DNA of 64,000 bases from Lysobacterales bacterium (lineage in GTDB: Bacteria; Pseudomonadota; Gammaproteobacteria; Xanthomonadales; Xanthomonadaceae): assembly GCA_038235185.1 (NCBI GenBank), contig JBBSUF010000001.1:947-64946 (forward strand), read 5' to 3'. Every line of letters starts with the position of its first letter. Within the stretch, counting starts at the first letter, position 1. The translations under genes were made by a program, and so were the position numbers. The notes beneath the pieces are model-generated. The model saw only the letters and a program-made list of their open reading frames with translations. It was not told where the DNA came from and ran no database searches. This document shows positions 61,549 to 64,000 of the stretch, piece after piece.

Positions 61549-62649
61549 ATGAGCCGCCGGTTGACCGTGGTGCAATTGCTGCCGGCGATGGAATCCGGTG
61601 GGGTCGAGCGCTCGACACTGGAGATCACCGACGCACTGGTGCAGGCAGGTCATCGTGCGATCGTGGTGTCGGCGGGCGGCCGTTTGACGCCGCAGCTGTC
61701 GACGCTGGGCGGTGAGCATGTCGCGCTCGATATCGGTCGAAAATCACTTTCAACGTTGCGACTGGTTCCCTCGCTGCGACGGCTCTTTGCACAGGCGGAT
61801 ATCGTCCATGCACGCTCGCGCGTACCAGCCTGGATGTCGCGATTGGCATTGCGTGGGATGACGCACCCCCCGCATTTCGTGACCACCGTGCACGGGTTGA
61901 ATTCGCCGTCGCGCTATAGCGCAGTGATGACATCTGGCGACCGCGTCATCTGCGTGTCCAACACCGTGCGCGAATTCATAGTGCAGCACTATCCACGTGT
62001 CGATCCCCGGAAGCTGGTCGTGATTGCACGCGGCATCGATCCGGCAGAATTTACACGCGCGCCAAATCCTGATCGCCCAGCACGAGCGCGTATCGCCGCG
62101 CTATATCCGCAACTCGATGGCGCAGGGCCGATGCTGTTGATGCCAGGCCGCGGTACGCGCCTGAAAGGACACGGCGATGCCTTGCGATTGCTGGCTGGAG
62201 TGCGTCAATCCGGACTCGATGCGAGATTGTGGCTGGCGGGCGCGCGGCAATCGGGACGCGATGCGTACATCGATGAACTGGAGCTTGAGGCTGCGCGTCT
62301 TGGTATCGCAGATGTCGTGGCAATCACCGCACCCACCGCCGCGATCGGTGAGGCCTACGCGGCCTCGGACCTGGTGCTGCAGCTCTCGCGCAAGCCCGAG
62401 GCGTTTGGGCGGACGGTACTCGAGGCGTTGTCGGTCGGCCGTCCCGTCCTTGGCTGGGCGCATGGCGGCGTTGGCGAATTGTTGCATCAGTGGCAGCCGC
62501 AAGGTGCGATCGCCGCGTACGATGAAGCTGCGTTGTTGGCGTGCGCGCGAGCCTTGCTCTCACATCCGCCGCCACCTGTGGGTACGATGCCCGACAGCCT
62601 GCGCGGGATGAAGCAGGCGACGATTGACCTCTACGAGCACCTTGCATGA
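61549..62649 (+). CDS. Glycosyltransferase family 4 (probably LPS core)
   Basis: SGGVERST, VHARSRVPAW, TVHG, PEAFGRTVLEALSVG. Confidence 0.88.
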   Translation: MSRRLTVVQLLPAMESGGVERSTLEITDALVQAGHRAIVVSAGGRLTPQLSTLGGEHVALDIGRKSLSTLRLVPSLRRLFAQADIVHARSRVPAWMSRLALRGMTHPPHFVTTVHGLNSPSRYSAVMTSGDRVICVSNTVREFIVQHYPRVDPRKLVVIARGIDPAEFTRAPNPDRPARARIAALYPQLDGAGPMLLMPGRGTRLKGHGDALRLLAGVRQSGLDARLWLAGARQSGRDAYIDELELEAARLGIADVVAITAPTAAIGEAYAASDLVLQLSRKPEAFGRTVLEALSVGRPVLGWAHGGVGELLHQWQPQGAIAAYDEAALLACARALLSHPPPPVGTMPDSLRGMKQATIDLYEHLA

Positions 62650-64000
62650 GCGGGCCAGCGAGCGGGATGCCAACGGAAGATCTGCCATCCAACGACATGC
62701 CGTCCACGGGTGTCGACCACTTGCGCGCGCCAGTCGGCTGGCGCTGGGCGCCGGCGTGGGTGCTGGCGTTCGTCGCGTTGTGGCCAGCTCCCGGGTACGC
62801 CGAAGCGGTGATGGTGCTTGGCGCACTGGCTGCGATCGTGCGCTTGCTGATCGTCCGTTTCCGCGGTGGCACGCGCCTGCTGAGCGCACCGGCCTGGGCG
62901 TTGACGAGCGTGTTGTTCTTCGCCTATTGGCTGCCGGAGGTCGTGTCGGTCTTCGACGCGATCGACTATTCCCATGCGCTGCATGAAACCCTTACCGACC
63001 TGCGCTACCTACCGTTCCTGTGGCTGGTCGCGGCGGCGGTGAGCGACGCGCGCGGTCGGCGGACGACGTTCGCGGGTTTGGCGATCATCATGGCGGCATG
63101 GACGCTGGATGCGCTGCTGCAGGCGGTCACGGGATCCAGTGCCTTGTTCTGGGGTGTCGACAGCGTCAAGCACCTGATCAGCGGTCACGGCATGTGTCCA
63201 GCCAACCGCGCCGCTGCGGTCGACCGCCTCAGCGGCGTGCTGGGGCCGTGTAATCTCAAGCTCGGGCTGGTGTTGGCCAGCCTGTCGCCTTTCGTGTTGT
63301 ATGCGGCCCGCAAACAGTTGGAAACCATACGGTCGAAAAGCACACCTCAGGGAAGCGCGCGCCTGGGCAGCGTGCGTCTGGGCAGCGTGGGATGGCTGAT
63401 CGCAGCGGCGGCGATGGGGGTCGTCATCCTGCTGGCCGGCGCGCGCGCGGCGTGGATCACCTATGCGCTGGTGCTCTTGTGTTCGGGCTGGCGAGTGCTG
63501 GGTGCCAAGCGCCTGATCGGCGTATTCGCGTTCGGCGCACTGATGCTAGGGGTGCTGACGCTGACCGTGCCGCAAGTGCGCGAGCGCATCGTGCGGACGA
63601 CATCAGCGCTGACCGCCGACCAGCAAGGCGTCGACGTCGCGTTGTCCGGGCGTGCGCGGATCTGGCGCGCGGCAGCGTGCATGGTGCGCGAACACCCGGT
63701 CAACGGCGTCGGCGCCGGCGAATTCCGCATGGCGTTCCCCGCGTGCGATCCCCAGCCCAATGTCGTTGCGGTGTGGGGCGCGGGGCCCGCCTTGCACGCC
63801 CACCAGATCGTGCTGGAAATCCTCAGCGAGACCGGCGGCATCGGCTTGTTGTTCTGGCTCGCCGGCGCGGCACTGGCGTGGCGTGCATGGCGTTTTGCGA
63901 CGGACGAAGCGCGTGATCGGTCACGCCCGGCGATGCTGGCGTTGGCGGTGACGGTATTCCCGTTCAACACGCACCTGGCGTTTTATTCGACATTCTGGGG
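62646..64000 (+). CDS. O-antigen ligase (WaaL/Wzy_C family), 3' end beyond the window
   Basis: Not in the ORF track because it has no stop; read manually from ATG 62646: WRWAPAW, LAGARAAW, LSGRARIW, HPVNGVG, LHAHQIVLEILSETG, FPFNTHLAFY. Confidence 0.85.
   Translation, partial: MSGPASGMPTEDLPSNDMPSTGVDHLRAPVGWRWAPAWVLAFVALWPAPGYAEAVMVLGALAAIVRLLIVRFRGGTRLLSAPAWALTSVLFFAYWLPEVVSVFDAIDYSHALHETLTDLRYLPFLWLVAAAVSDARGRRTTFAGLAIIMAAWTLDALLQAVTGSSALFWGVDSVKHLISGHGMCPANRAAAVDRLSGVLGPCNLKLGLVLASLSPFVLYAARKQLETIRSKSTPQGSARLGSVRLGSVGWLIAAAAMGVVILLAGARAAWITYALVLLCSGWRVLGAKRLIGVFAFGALMLGVLTLTVPQVRERIVRTTSALTADQQGVDVALSGRARIWRAAACMVREHPVNGVGAGEFRMAFPACDPQPNVVAVWGAGPALHAHQIVLEILSETGGIGLLFWLAGAALAWRAWRFATDEARDRSRPAMLALAVTVFPFNTHLAFYSTFW

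Overview
GC-rich chromosomal window from a Lysobacteraceae/Xanthomonadaceae-like gammaproteobacterium (taxonomy inferred from gene content and order). The flanks are housekeeping. Left: tRNA-Gln, a 2OG-Fe dioxygenase, FAH-family hydrolase and maiA, a PilU-type ATPase, cbs and metB. Right: ETF-QO, an AlkB-like oxygenase, an MCE/Mla ABC system, a ThrE exporter, H-NS, proS, pssA, rimI, valS, holC, pepA, lptFG, a GT4 and an O-antigen ligase that runs off the window. Between metB and ETF-QO (about 8.4-42.1 kb) lies a large surface-polysaccharide locus at the metB-etfA hotspot known from Xanthomonas. It contains (i) Wzm/Wzt and a 1160-aa protein built as DUF4915-like beta-propeller + 28-aa-repeat coiled coil + GT2 + GT4, resembling a terminator-ruler-polymerase with an unknown capping domain; (ii) two parallel Gtr/Arn-like cassettes, one around VioA and one around WecE/RffA, each with WbqC, five-bladed propeller protein(s), an acyltransferase, methyltransferases, an Und-P GT2, a small flippase and a GT-C-like membrane protein; (iii) two paralogous small lipoproteins flanking scoAB and a lipid-anchored M12B metalloprotease; (iv) cysD-cysNC for PAPS synthesis. 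Other notable items are a probable miniature HolD (psi) upstream of rimI and an intergenic element able to form an intrastrand triplex. All family assignments come from motif recognition by eye; no searches were run. No IS, integrase, CRISPR array or rRNA was recognised.
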